Shown: positions 41,075-51,206 of the stretch, piece after piece
How the letters are laid out: each line of letters opens with the position of its first letter
Numbering within the stretch: position 1 is the first letter of the stretch
Translations under genes and position numbers: made by a program
Notes under the pieces: model-generated
The model's database searches: none
What the model was told of the DNA's origin: nothing
What the model saw: the letters and a program-made list of their open reading frames with translations, nothing else
DNA from: an uncultured Candidatus Babeliaceae bacterium
GTDB taxonomy: Bacteria > Babelota > Babeliae > Babelales > Babelaceae
Length of the DNA stretch: 64,000 nucleotides
Assembly: GCA_963704655.1 (NCBI GenBank)
Contig: OY969927.1
Span: 292,222-356,221 of the forward strand
Direction of reading: 5' to 3'

Positions 41075-41659
41075 ATGAAAAAGATGTTGGTTTTATTATT
41101 GAGCATAAGTACACTGTATGCTACGCAAGAGCCTGAAAATCCTGTTGGCCCAGAAATGGGTATTAATATCCCCATGCAAGAACAAGTTGATATAAGTAAA
41201 AATGTTACACTTGAAGAAAAAGTTACAACAGATGCTGAAAAAATGCGCAATAAAATTAATGGTTTTTTGGAATCAGAGGAAGTTAAGGCTGTGCAGAGTG
41301 CAACGTTAACCATTGCAAAAACTGGATGGGGATTAACGAAATCGCTTTTTTATGATGAGCAAAGCGGTCCTAATTATCGGAATATCGGCATTGCTGCAAC
41401 TTTTATTTCGATAATTGCAGCAAAAAGATATTTTTTTGGTTTAGGTGGATTAAAAAGACAAATGCAACAGAATCAGGCACATTTAATCAAACTGAATCAA
41501 AAGAACCAAGCAGCATTAATGGAGCAGCATCAAGCAACGCAAGAGCTCATTGCAAATAGTATGCGGATTCTAAATAATAACTTAACTAACAAAGAAATTG
41601 CGGCGAATGCACGACTTAATGAGCTTGCATCAAAAATGAGTGCGCAAACGGTGAAATAA
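41075..41659 (+). CDS. hypothetical secreted/membrane protein with C-terminal coiled coil
   Basis: GAGGAG lies 4 nt before the ATG at 41075, giving MKKMLVLLLSISTLYA. A central hydrophobic segment NIGIAATFISIIAA is present. Confidence 0.55.
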   Translation: MKKMLVLLLSISTLYATQEPENPVGPEMGINIPMQEQVDISKNVTLEEKVTTDAEKMRNKINGFLESEEVKAVQSATLTIAKTGWGLTKSLFYDEQSGPNYRNIGIAATFISIIAAKRYFFGLGGLKRQMQQNQAHLIKLNQKNQAALMEQHQATQELIANSMRILNNNLTNKEIAANARLNELASKMSAQTVK

Positions 41660-41682
41660 GAAGTTAATTATTTCAGAAAATT

Positions 41683-41728
41683 ATTAAGTAAAAAGCCCTA
41701 GACAAAAATCTAGGGCTTTTTACTTAAT
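41683..41728. terminator. bidirectional terminator: 20-bp perfect hairpin between convergent genes
   Basis: ATTAAGTAAAAAGCCCTAGA (41683-41702) is followed by the loop CAAAAA and TCTAGGGCTTTTTACTTAAT (41709-41728). Confidence 0.8.
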
Positions 41729-41730
41729 AG

Positions 41731-42366
41731 TTACTTTGTTGTAAAGCGTGTCAAAAGTGATGCGATGCCAAAGTTGCTAGTTTTTTGGTTTTCTTCAAGT
41801 GTCTTTATGCGGCTTAGAACTTGTTTAATGTGTATGTTTTGTAACATTACAAGGCGTTTTACTTCTTCTATATTTGCATTACCGTGAACTACTTTAGATT
41901 GTAATGCGTGTATCTGGCGGGCCAAGTCTGCATTGCCCGTTGCGATATTCACGTTTATACGGTCCACATTTTTATGTAACGCTGCTATATCATCGTGGGT
42001 TTTTTTGTGAGCTTGTGAGCTTTGTACGGCATGTTCAGCGATATCAGCATGTACTCTTTTAAAGTTAGATCTAACGGCTTCAGATAATGCGCTGAGATTT
42101 TTTAATATTTGTGACGTATCTTTTTTAATTTTCCAAGATATCGCGATATTTGCAAGACCAATGGCCTGCACTGTGCCAAAGCGCATAAGATGTGGCCCAA
42201 CAAGAGCTGCGGTCATAGTGACTCCACCGATAGCGTTACCTGAAGAGGCGCCGTGAGCGATAGCTTCTGAAATAGCAACAATAGAGTGAGTACTTATTGC
42301 CTGTACTGTGTAATTATTAAGTAAACTAGCAGCAATAAATAGTGAAAGTACCCGTTTCTTTTTCAT
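41731..42366 (-). CDS. hypothetical secreted coiled-coil protein
   Basis: ORF track, 211 aa. Signal peptide MKKKRVLSLFIAASLL. No recognisable motif. Confidence 0.55.
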   Translation of the reverse strand: MKKKRVLSLFIAASLLNNYTVQAISTHSIVAISEAIAHGASSGNAIGGVTMTAALVGPHLMRFGTVQAIGLANIAISWKIKKDTSQILKNLSALSEAVRSNFKRVHADIAEHAVQSSQAHKKTHDDIAALHKNVDRINVNIATGNADLARQIHALQSKVVHGNANIEEVKRLVMLQNIHIKQVLSRIKTLEENQKTSNFGIASLLTRFTTK

Positions 42367-42533
42367 GCGATTTACCCCTTTAAATGTAAGTTAAATAGTG
42401 ATTTAATTATAGTAAATATTATCAGTTTGTCAATTTTGCGCTAGATGAGGCTTTAGATGCAGATTTAGAATGTTGAATCTCGTACGCGCCCTGTTGTAAG
42501 CTAAATCAAGGGATTATCGTTAAAGGGCGATCC

Positions 42534-43346
42534 ATGAAACGTATTACGCGTAGTTTCTGTATAGTAGTATTGATATTTTTAGCAAGGGGTATAAAAATAA
42601 CTGCATCCTATCAGGAGTATACAGAAAGAAATACCCCCTTGACTCATTTTATGCAGAATTTAGTCAGCGATATGGTCCATTTTAATAAGTATCTCTTTTT
42701 AACTTCTGATACGTATAAAATACTTATGGTAAGTAGCCCATTTTATATGGCAGGGCGTGCTGCAGATAAGCCAACACATAATTATTTTTATAATAAAACG
42801 GACCATCGCAATATTCACCAGATCGCACCTGTTTTTAAATATAGTGTCGATCCTATTATGGGTGTATCCATAACAACGTTATTGTTATTACAATTTTTTT
42901 CTAAAGATGCGCATACCCGTAAAGTATCTGAAGTTTTTCTTGCAGCATTGCCTTTTTTATGGCTCTATAAAGATGCTCTTAAACTCTTGTTGATTAAAGC
43001 TGCTTTACGACCTAAAAATCAATGTTTTTCTGCCTGTAAAAAATATTATGGTGGGTTTCCTTCTGGACATATGTTTGAGGCAACTTTTATGGCCTATCTT
43101 TTTGGTGCAGAACTAGGACCCGATTACGCTGTTCCGCTGGGTGCATTTGCAACATTGGTAGCAATCCAATCGGTCGCTATTAACCGGCATACCATATCAC
43201 AAGTGGTTGCAGGTACAGCGCTTGGGGTTATTTTTGGAGTGGCGTCGCAAAAAGTAGTGCATCGCGCCTTACATCAAGATAGTTCCTATGCTATTCTAGT
43301 AAACAAATCTGGTGGAGTTACCTTCACGCTTGAAAAAACATTTTAA
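42534..43346 (+). CDS. PAP2-superfamily membrane protein with a non-canonical third motif
   Basis: FPSGHM supplies the PSGH motif. AINRHTISQVVAG aligns with SRxxxxxHxxxD but carries QS in place of SR and Q in place of D. Confidence 0.6.
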   Translation: MKRITRSFCIVVLIFLARGIKITASYQEYTERNTPLTHFMQNLVSDMVHFNKYLFLTSDTYKILMVSSPFYMAGRAADKPTHNYFYNKTDHRNIHQIAPVFKYSVDPIMGVSITTLLLLQFFSKDAHTRKVSEVFLAALPFLWLYKDALKLLLIKAALRPKNQCFSACKKYYGGFPSGHMFEATFMAYLFGAELGPDYAVPLGAFATLVAIQSVAINRHTISQVVAGTALGVIFGVASQKVVHRALHQDSSYAILVNKSGGVTFTLEKTF

Positions 43347-43363
43347 AAAAGTTATGTATAACT

Positions 43364-44194
43364 ATGCGCATAAAAAATTTTATTATAGGCTCGTGTATTG
43401 TTTTGTTTTTCTGTTATGGGTTTATATGGCGCCCGCGTATTATCGTGTATCCGCTGGTTACTGCTATTAGTTTGGTGCAGTATCCCTTTTTATGTATGTA
43501 TGCTCTGTTTGTTGAACCAGTTTTTGATGTGATTAGATCAGTTAAAACACATGCTGAATATCACCACATACTAGAATCTAATTATCGTGAACGTTCACGT
43601 TTACTTAAAGAACTTATTGAGGTTCGTGGGCAGCTTGTTTATTATAAAGATCTGCAAGACGCTGGGATAACCTGCGATAAAAATACCGTATGTACGGGAC
43701 AAATTATTTATAAACAACTGCACCAAGGCGATTCTTTTTTTATTATCGATAAAGGATCTTCTGATGGTGTAACTGTTGATATGCTTGCGGTACTTAACAA
43801 TACTCTATTAGGCAGAGTCACTGCCGTGTATGCATCGTATGCGCAGGTAATGCCTATAAGTAATCCGCAATGTCATGTTCCTAGTGTATGCGTAGAATCA
43901 CGGGCACATGGTGTTTTTCATGGTGGTTTAGCTTCGACTGGTCAGTTAGATTTCATTAGCCACCTTGAGCCATTGGTGCTTGATGAAATGGTGATAACTT
44001 CTGGTGACGGTTTAATTTATCCGCAAGGGCTTGCGCTTGGACGTATAAAGAAATTTACGCTTAATGAATTAGGCTTTTTGTATGAAGTTGACGTTGAGCC
44101 GCTCTATGATCTTGAAAAAATATCGTACTGTTCGATTATATCTAAAAACTGCCAGCACGCATTAACCCAGCAGGTTCAGCAGGAATCTCAATGA
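43364..44194 (+). CDS. mreC: rod-shape-determining protein MreC
   Basis: An N-terminal TM segment is followed by the coiled coil RSRLLKELIEVRGQL. The motif VITSGDGLIYPQGLALGRI is characteristic of MreC. Confidence 0.78.
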   Translation: MRIKNFIIGSCIVLFFCYGFIWRPRIIVYPLVTAISLVQYPFLCMYALFVEPVFDVIRSVKTHAEYHHILESNYRERSRLLKELIEVRGQLVYYKDLQDAGITCDKNTVCTGQIIYKQLHQGDSFFIIDKGSSDGVTVDMLAVLNNTLLGRVTAVYASYAQVMPISNPQCHVPSVCVESRAHGVFHGGLASTGQLDFISHLEPLVLDEMVITSGDGLIYPQGLALGRIKKFTLNELGFLYEVDVEPLYDLEKISYCSIISKNCQHALTQQVQQESQ

Positions 44195-45912
44195 TTATTC
44201 AAGGGCTTAAGTTTCAATGGAAAATTCCTGACGTTGATAGTGCGGCCGTTGCGCAACTTGCAGCTGATGTGGCACTGCCTATGCCACTTGCGTATGCGCT
44301 TTATGCGCGCGGGTTTACCCAAAAAGAGCAGTTACAAGATTATTTAATAAGTTCCTATGAAAAGGATGTTGCTGATCCAAAATTACTCAAAGATGGTCAA
44401 AAGGCGGTGGACCGGTTAATTTCTGCGTTACAGAATAATGAAAAAATTCTTATTGCTGGTGATTATGACGTTGATGGCATAACTTCATCGGCGCTTATGA
44501 TGATCTGCCTGTTGCCCTTGGGCGCGCAGGTTAATTTCTTTTTGCCCAATCGTGTAAAAGATGGTTATGGCTTATCGGTAAAAACAGTTGATCGTGCGCA
44601 TGAAAATGAGTACAAAATAATTATCACAGTAGATAACGGCATTAGTGCTTTTAAGCCGGCCGAACGAGCCAACGAGCTTGGAATCGATCTTATTATTACC
44701 GATCATCACAGACCCCATGGGCAGTTACCTGCAGCATATGCAATTATTGACCCGCACCAAGAAGATTGTGCCTATCCGTATAAATATTTTGCGGGTGTTG
44801 GCGTAAGTTTTAAACTTATGTCACTGTTATATGCGCAACTTGGCAAAGAGTTGCCCGGCGAAGTATACGAGCTATTGCTTTTGGGAACTGTTGCTGACGT
44901 GGTGCCTCTCACTGGTGAAAATAGATTTTGGGTGCGCCATGGATTACAGAAAATAAAGAATGGTCATAGTTATAGTTTAAGCGTGCTTAAAAGAAATGCT
45001 CGGGTTACTAAACCAGTTTTAAATTCTCTTGATATCGGCTTTTTTATAACGCCACAAATTAATGCCCTTGGCAGACTTGAAGATGCTCGTTCAGGAGTTA
45101 AGTTTCTGGTGGGAACCGATCTTGAAGTTACTGAAACTGTTGGCACACTGTTGCACCAGTTAAATGAAGCAAGAAAAACTATTGAAAAAAATATTTATGA
45201 GGGTGTGCAAGCTCAGATTAAACAGGGGCTTATTAAACCGCATGAGGACCGTATGATTGTTGTTGCGCATGATGACTGGCCAACGGGTGTCATTGGACTG
45301 GTTGCCGGTAAATTAGTTGCTGCGCATAACGTGCCGACCATATTATTACACAAATCATCTAATGGTATGTTAAAAGGCTCGTGCCGTTCTATAGGTGATT
45401 GTGATATGTTTAAAGCGTTAAGTTCGGTGAAAGATCTTCTGATAAGTTTTGGTGGTCATCCGATGGCTGCCGGCCTTGCGTTAGCGCAAGAAGATTTTGA
45501 TGAATTTAAAAGGCGTCTGTCTGAATATATTGTTCAGTTTGTCACGCCTGAATCACTTATTAAAAAAATTACCTGTGATGCGCCTTTATTGTTGACCGAT
45601 GTAACACAAAAACTTTCACAAGGGTTACACTATCTTGAGCCATTTGGATGTGAAAACCCACAACCCCTTTTTATTCTCAAAAATGTCATGTTGATTGAGC
45701 CGCCACAGTTACTCAAAGAGCAGCATGTTAAGGCGCGACTGTTTTCTGACGGAGTTATAAAACCGGTTGTTTTTTTTAATAGACCAGATTTGTTTGAATG
45801 GCTCATTGAACATCAAAGTGATTCTTTCTCTGTCGCTTGTTATGTTACTGAAAATCATTGGAATGGGAAAGTATCAGTTGAGCTTCAGGGTGTAGATATT
45901 TCTTGCGTATAG
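44191..45912 (+). CDS. recJ: single-stranded-DNA-specific exonuclease RecJ
   Basis: GDYDVDGITS, VDNGIS, ITDHHRP (DHH) and FGGHPMAAG (DHHA1) are present. The ATGA start overlaps the mreC stop. Confidence 0.9.
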   Translation: MIIQGLKFQWKIPDVDSAAVAQLAADVALPMPLAYALYARGFTQKEQLQDYLISSYEKDVADPKLLKDGQKAVDRLISALQNNEKILIAGDYDVDGITSSALMMICLLPLGAQVNFFLPNRVKDGYGLSVKTVDRAHENEYKIIITVDNGISAFKPAERANELGIDLIITDHHRPHGQLPAAYAIIDPHQEDCAYPYKYFAGVGVSFKLMSLLYAQLGKELPGEVYELLLLGTVADVVPLTGENRFWVRHGLQKIKNGHSYSLSVLKRNARVTKPVLNSLDIGFFITPQINALGRLEDARSGVKFLVGTDLEVTETVGTLLHQLNEARKTIEKNIYEGVQAQIKQGLIKPHEDRMIVVAHDDWPTGVIGLVAGKLVAAHNVPTILLHKSSNGMLKGSCRSIGDCDMFKALSSVKDLLISFGGHPMAAGLALAQEDFDEFKRRLSEYIVQFVTPESLIKKITCDAPLLLTDVTQKLSQGLHYLEPFGCENPQPLFILKNVMLIEPPQLLKEQHVKARLFSDGVIKPVVFFNRPDLFEWLIEHQSDSFSVACYVTENHWNGKVSVELQGVDISCV

Positions 45913-45966
45913 AGCGGGAGTTTTTGTAGCCTGTATAGGGAGATGCTTTTACAAGGGAGTAGGGTG

Positions 45967-47106
45967 ATGAATTTCAAAAAAGTCTTTGCATTATTATTAG
46001 TAAGTTGGGTGCCCGTTGTGCACGCTGTTCAATGGGTTGTTGTTGGTGCCGGCCCAGCAGGAATTGTTATAGTAGGTTTATTATTAGATCTCGGAATTCC
46101 GCGAGAAGATATCTTGTGGGTGGACCCTGAATTTAATGTTGGGCGCCTAGGGCAGTATTACCAAACAGTACCGGGAAACACAAAAACGCAATTATATATA
46201 AATTTTATTAATTCATGCAGAACGTTTCAACAATGCAATTCGCCCTATGTTCAAGAGTTGTATAACTATGAACTTTTAAAAGAGTATCCGCTTTCAATTA
46301 TTGTAAAGCCGTTGCAGGATATCACCGATTATATATGTTCTTTAGTTAATGCGCAGCAGACAACTATGACCGGTTTAGAATTTAGTGGTGATGTGTGGCA
46401 CATAGAACTTGCAAATGGGTTAGAATTTAGTGCAGATCGCGTTGTGCTTGCAACAGGATCCCGTCCAAGGTCATTGAATTATGCCTGTTCACAAGAGATT
46501 CCTTTAGATATCGCGCTTAACCAGCAAGCACTTTCTCAAGAAGTTGCACCAGACGATACTGTTGCAGTTATTGGCAGTGCGCATTCAGCAGTGTTAGTGC
46601 TTAAATTTTTAAGTGAGGTTCCTGTTGGTAGAATTATTAACTTTTATAAGAACCCGTTAGTGTATACACAAGATATGGGCGGCTGGCTTTTGTATAGCAG
46701 CTCTGGTTTAAAGGGTATTGCTGCTGAGTGGGCAAAAAATGTTTTAGAAAAAAATCCACCATGCAATTTAGTGCGTGTATATAATTCAGAAAAGGCTCGC
46801 GCGGCGTGGTTGCCACTTTGTAATAAAATTATTTATGCAGCTGGTTATGAACGTAACCCGATTCCAGGGTGTATGCCAGACATGGCTTATGATACGCATA
46901 CAGGCGCCATAGCCCCGGGACTTTTTGGTATCGGTATTGCATTTCCAGAAGTTATTGTTGATCAAGCGGGACATGAAGAGCATAAAATAGGGCTTAATAG
47001 CTTTATGGAACATGCTCTTGAAATGTTGCCAGAATGGATGCGGACAAAAGATGCGCTTTGTCGATTTAAAGGGTTTGAAGAGTTGTTCGATATCCAGATT
47101 TTATAA
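45967..47106 (+). CDS. FAD/NAD(P)-binding oxidoreductase (two-dinucleotide-binding-domain type)
   Basis: WVVVGAGPAGIV carries the GxGxxG motif. A second Rossmann-like motif is VAVIGSAHSA, and VVLATGSRP is also present. The likely start is the ATG at 45967. Confidence 0.65.
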   Translation: MNFKKVFALLLVSWVPVVHAVQWVVVGAGPAGIVIVGLLLDLGIPREDILWVDPEFNVGRLGQYYQTVPGNTKTQLYINFINSCRTFQQCNSPYVQELYNYELLKEYPLSIIVKPLQDITDYICSLVNAQQTTMTGLEFSGDVWHIELANGLEFSADRVVLATGSRPRSLNYACSQEIPLDIALNQQALSQEVAPDDTVAVIGSAHSAVLVLKFLSEVPVGRIINFYKNPLVYTQDMGGWLLYSSSGLKGIAAEWAKNVLEKNPPCNLVRVYNSEKARAAWLPLCNKIIYAAGYERNPIPGCMPDMAYDTHTGAIAPGLFGIGIAFPEVIVDQAGHEEHKIGLNSFMEHALEMLPEWMRTKDALCRFKGFEELFDIQIL

Positions 47107-47123
47107 AATACGTTCTTTATTAT

Positions 47124-47154
47124 AAAAAGGGGGATTTAAAAATCCCCCTTTTTG
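47124..47154 (+). terminator. rho-independent terminator separating the oxidoreductase gene from the fibre operon
   Basis: AAAAAGGGGGATTT / AAATCCCCCTTTTT forms a hairpin with a T-run. Confidence 0.75.
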
Positions 47155-47230
47155 TTTGTTGCAAATTTTTTTTTCATGTGCAAGTATCTCTACTGATCTG
47201 ACTAAAATTTTTAAATGGGATATTTGTAGT

Positions 47231-48418
47231 ATGAAGCTTCTCCAAAATATCGTTCTAGTCTGCTTATTTTCTACGGCACATGCTCAAATGCAGCAGGTTA
47301 ATTTTTTAGAACCGCTTCATGATAATGATGGTGCGTTGCAAGACATTACTCGTGCATGCAGTCAGATTTCGTCATCTTATACGTTGTTATTGCCCGCAAG
47401 CCAGGGTGAGCCCTATCAGGTTCTTGGGTTGATTGATGATATGGGAACACTTTCTTGGATCACCACGGTTACTGATGCAAGTCAGCTCAATTTATTATAC
47501 ACCGCAACTTCAGCAGACATTCCCTTAACGCTTGTTTTACGTGACAGTACTGGTTCATTTGCCGCAACTAATATTACACTTACGGGAAATTTAACGCTTG
47601 CAACTCTTACAGGTGTGTTGGTTGCACAAGATGGTTTGGTCTCTGCAACAATTGGCATAGATGGAACACGTCTAGCATCGTTTCCGTTAACAGACGTCCC
47701 CGCTGTTAATTTTTTTCAACCGGTTGAACCATCACGAGAATCATATTTCTTTGATGATTTTATTGCATTTAATGCATCGGCTGGTGGCGTTTTTTATGGT
47801 GATACACCATGGGTTATTTCTAACAATTCTTACCCATCACGCGTTACGTCGTTAAAAAACACCAGCAGCTCTGTTGGTGTTACTCGCCTTTCAACGGGCA
47901 ATATGCAAGATAGTTTGAACTATCTTATTAAGCAAATAAATGCAGACGGTACCAGTAATGGTGTTGGATTTGGCCTTGGTCCCTGCTTGAATGAATGGCG
48001 CGTATCAATTCCTGGTTCAACTCTTTCTTTGGCAAACAGTTTTACAGTATGTTGTGGCATGGGCGATAATTTGGGAACCGCACCTTACGTGCCACAAAAT
48101 GGTATTTATTTTTCATACACAAATACGGGTTCTGGGGCTGTATGGCAAATTAACACAGCTTTTGGTGGAACAATAACGCAAAATACAAGTCCAGCTGTAA
48201 CTCCACTGGCTGGGGTGTTCCAGAGGCTTGCATATGTTGTTGATGCAAGTAGCTCACAGGTAGATTTTTTTATTGATGATCTTTACGTTGGCACACTTTA
48301 TAACATTCCTAGTGGTAATGATTGTTCAGCATTTGCATCGATACGAACAGGAGGTTCTTCAGGCTCGATTGACTTAGATTATTGGTATTATCATTATACT
48401 TTTAATCTGCGGCGTTAA
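47231..48418 (+). CDS. minimal fibre protein (395 aa): signal peptide, one address motif, one LRDSTGSFAAT collar, shared C-terminal head domain
   Basis: The ATG at 47231 gives MKLLQNIVLVCLFSTAHA. Motifs are SYTLLLPASQGEPYQVLGLIDDMGTLSW and TSADIPLTLVLRDSTGSFAATNITLTG. The C-terminal 254 aa is homologous to the ends of the 48450 and 56816 products. Confidence 0.82.
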   Translation: MKLLQNIVLVCLFSTAHAQMQQVNFLEPLHDNDGALQDITRACSQISSSYTLLLPASQGEPYQVLGLIDDMGTLSWITTVTDASQLNLLYTATSADIPLTLVLRDSTGSFAATNITLTGNLTLATLTGVLVAQDGLVSATIGIDGTRLASFPLTDVPAVNFFQPVEPSRESYFFDDFIAFNASAGGVFYGDTPWVISNNSYPSRVTSLKNTSSSVGVTRLSTGNMQDSLNYLIKQINADGTSNGVGFGLGPCLNEWRVSIPGSTLSLANSFTVCCGMGDNLGTAPYVPQNGIYFSYTNTGSGAVWQINTAFGGTITQNTSPAVTPLAGVFQRLAYVVDASSSQVDFFIDDLYVGTLYNIPSGNDCSAFASIRTGGSSGSIDLDYWYYHYTFNLRR

Positions 48419-48449
48419 TATAATAAAACTAAAAAAAAAGGGTTTTGTA

Positions 48450-51179
48450 ATGAGTAATAGATTATTTATTTTTGCAGTATTTTTGATCAGTTTATTTGTT
48501 CCGATATATGCGGAAATAACAAGTGTAGATGAAGCGCTTAAGGTTGTGGGTTTTCTTGATGCGCTTGAAGAAAATTATAAAGATGCATTTAAAGAAAAAA
48601 ATATACGCTATGCATTGGAAGATTTATTAGCTTTTTATGAAAATTCAAATGAATTTACTCCAGAACAACGTGCAGGACTATTTAATAAATTATATCGCTA
48701 TTTCCAGCTGGTTGAAAAATTTGATGCTGAAAATGGCTCTGCAACAAAGTTTTTAAATTCAGATCAAAGTTTAGTAACCTACTGGACACAAATGGTAGCT
48801 GCTACTCATACTATACTTGATACGAATAATAGTTCTACGAGTAATGCATTAAATTTAATTGCGCCAATTTCTGGTGGATTTAACTACACCTATACGTTGC
48901 AAATGCCGGTTAACCAGGGATCTTTTGGACAAGTTTTGTCAACTGATGGTAACAACCCTGCGCAACTTTCTTGGCTTACTACTATAACTGCAGATGTAAG
49001 TCTTATTTACTCTGCAACAAGTTGTGATAATGTAAATACCATAGTATTACGTGATAATAATGGCAGTTTTGTAGCAACAAATATCGCGCTGATGGGCAAT
49101 ACAAATAACAGCTTAATAAATTATAGTACAACTTCATGTGGTCCGGGTACGTCGATGTTGAGTATTCCTGGAACACAAAATATATTCTTAGGCACATCCG
49201 TTGGCAATTCAGCTGTATCGGGCCCAGGTAACGTAGCAGTTGGTAATACAACACTCAATGCTATAACTTCAGGCTCTGGTAACACTGCTATTGGTGTTAA
49301 TGCATTAGCTGCAGTAGTGACAGGCTCTAATAATACTGCAGTTGGTTATGGCGCTAACGTAACTGGCGCAAATGCTCTGAATCAGACAGCAGTTGGTGCC
49401 GGCGCAGTTGCACCATTTAATAACAGCGTGGTATTAGGTAACGCTGCTGTAACCAATGTGGTCCCTATGGCAAGCGGTGTTACAAGTCTTGGTGGTGCAA
49501 GTAATATTTGGTCAACCCTCAATACCTATTCAACTAATTACTATGATAGATCAGGTGATGTAGTTACTATTGCAGCAACGCCAGGTGGAACAGGAACTTA
49601 TACAATGTATTGGCCAACTTCTGTAGGTCAAGCAGGGTATGTGCTTGAAGCAACCACCAGTAGTAGTCCGCAACAGCTTAATTGGATTCCTATTACCGCA
49701 TTGCTGAGCGGTACCTATTGTGATTTCCCAAGCACCTACGTGCAGCGCGATCCAAATGGTAAATTTGCAGCAACAACGATTACGTTAACGGGTGTATCGT
49801 TACTTAACTACAGCACTCTTGGTGGTTGTGACCTCGGTAACCCATTCTTGAGCGTTCCAGGAACAAACAACTTGTTCTTAGGCACTTCTGCTGGTAAACA
49901 AACAGTATCAGGCAGTGCCAACGTTGCTGTGGGTAACCAAGCATTAACAAGCATTAGTACTGGTACGTCTAATACTGCAATTGGTTATAATGCTCTTGCT
50001 GCAGCAGCTGCCGGCTATAATAATGCTGCATTGGGTTATTATGCATTAGCTATTGCTACCGGAAATAATAACGTTGCAGTAGGTTATAATGCCGGTTCAG
50101 CAAGTACCGGATCTAATAATATCTATGTTGGTACAGGAGTAACCGGAAATTCTGGTGATGCCAGTGTTATCAGTATCGGTATTCAAAATGCTGGAACAAG
50201 TGGCACCTATATGGGTGGTATTTATAATACTACGCCTACAGGATTAAACTCTCTTGTAGGTATTACCAGCAGTGGTCAACTTGGTGTTGCAACGTCAGCA
50301 ACTATTACCACACTTACGGTATCAGGAAGTCTTACTGTTGATAATCTTAATGGTGCAGTTATTGCAACTAACGGGTTATTAACAGCGACTATTGGTATTG
50401 ACGGCACACGCCTTGCATCATTTATATTAACCGATACACCTGCAGTAAGCTTCTTCCAACCGGTTGAGCCATCACGTGAATCATACTTCTTTGATGACTT
50501 TATGGCATTTAATTCTACTGCTGGCGACTTGTTCTATGGTGATACACAATGGGTAATTGGTAATAATACTGCCGGACGTGTTACGGCAATTGCACCGCTT
50601 GCATCTAATGGCGCAATTGGTGTGACTCGTTTAACATCTGGCGCTGCTGTAAATAACAGTAATTATATTACCAAACAGCTTACGGGCACAACGTCATTAA
50701 GCTTGTCGCTAGGATATGGCCCATGCTTGAATGAATGGCGTGTTTCTGTTCCAGCAACTTCAAGCGGAACAAATAGTTTCTATACTCGTGTTGGCTTTGG
50801 AGATAGTCCTGCTGCTACAGCAGTAAACCCAACAGGTGCGCCAAGTAATGGTATTTACTTCCAATGCCTTGATAGCATCAACAGTGGTTCATGGACGGTT
50901 AATACCGCAAGTAATGGAAGCAGAACATCGGCAAATACAGCAGTTGCTCCTACTCCAGGCGTATTCCAACGATTGAGTTTTCAAGTTAATGGAAATGCAT
51001 CAAGTGTTACGTTCTACATAAATGATGTTTCGGTAGGAACTATTACGACAACGATACCAACAATAGCCAATGGTAACTATTGTTCACCATATGCGTCTGT
51101 GGTGCGAAATGCTGGTACTGGAGGATCTCTTGATCTTGATTATTGGTATTTCCATTATACCTTTAATTCACGACGTTAA
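48450..51179 (+). CDS. fibre protein (909 aa) with two short beta-roll modules and the shared C-terminal head domain
   Basis: Signal peptide MSNRLFIFAVFLISLFVPIYA plus an N-terminal helical domain. Motifs are YTYTLQMPVNQGSFGQVLSTDGNNPAQLSW, TSCDNVNTIVLRDNNGSFVAT and YCDFPSTYVQRDPNGKFAATTITLTG. The protein ends LDLDYWYFHYTFNSRR. Confidence 0.88.
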   Translation: MSNRLFIFAVFLISLFVPIYAEITSVDEALKVVGFLDALEENYKDAFKEKNIRYALEDLLAFYENSNEFTPEQRAGLFNKLYRYFQLVEKFDAENGSATKFLNSDQSLVTYWTQMVAATHTILDTNNSSTSNALNLIAPISGGFNYTYTLQMPVNQGSFGQVLSTDGNNPAQLSWLTTITADVSLIYSATSCDNVNTIVLRDNNGSFVATNIALMGNTNNSLINYSTTSCGPGTSMLSIPGTQNIFLGTSVGNSAVSGPGNVAVGNTTLNAITSGSGNTAIGVNALAAVVTGSNNTAVGYGANVTGANALNQTAVGAGAVAPFNNSVVLGNAAVTNVVPMASGVTSLGGASNIWSTLNTYSTNYYDRSGDVVTIAATPGGTGTYTMYWPTSVGQAGYVLEATTSSSPQQLNWIPITALLSGTYCDFPSTYVQRDPNGKFAATTITLTGVSLLNYSTLGGCDLGNPFLSVPGTNNLFLGTSAGKQTVSGSANVAVGNQALTSISTGTSNTAIGYNALAAAAAGYNNAALGYYALAIATGNNNVAVGYNAGSASTGSNNIYVGTGVTGNSGDASVISIGIQNAGTSGTYMGGIYNTTPTGLNSLVGITSSGQLGVATSATITTLTVSGSLTVDNLNGAVIATNGLLTATIGIDGTRLASFILTDTPAVSFFQPVEPSRESYFFDDFMAFNSTAGDLFYGDTQWVIGNNTAGRVTAIAPLASNGAIGVTRLTSGAAVNNSNYITKQLTGTTSLSLSLGYGPCLNEWRVSVPATSSGTNSFYTRVGFGDSPAATAVNPTGAPSNGIYFQCLDSINSGSWTVNTASNGSRTSANTAVAPTPGVFQRLSFQVNGNASSVTFYINDVSVGTITTTIPTIANGNYCSPYASVVRNAGTGGSLDLDYWYFHYTFNSRR

Positions 51180-51206
51180 TAAGTAGATAAAAAAAAGGGT
51201 AAAAAG

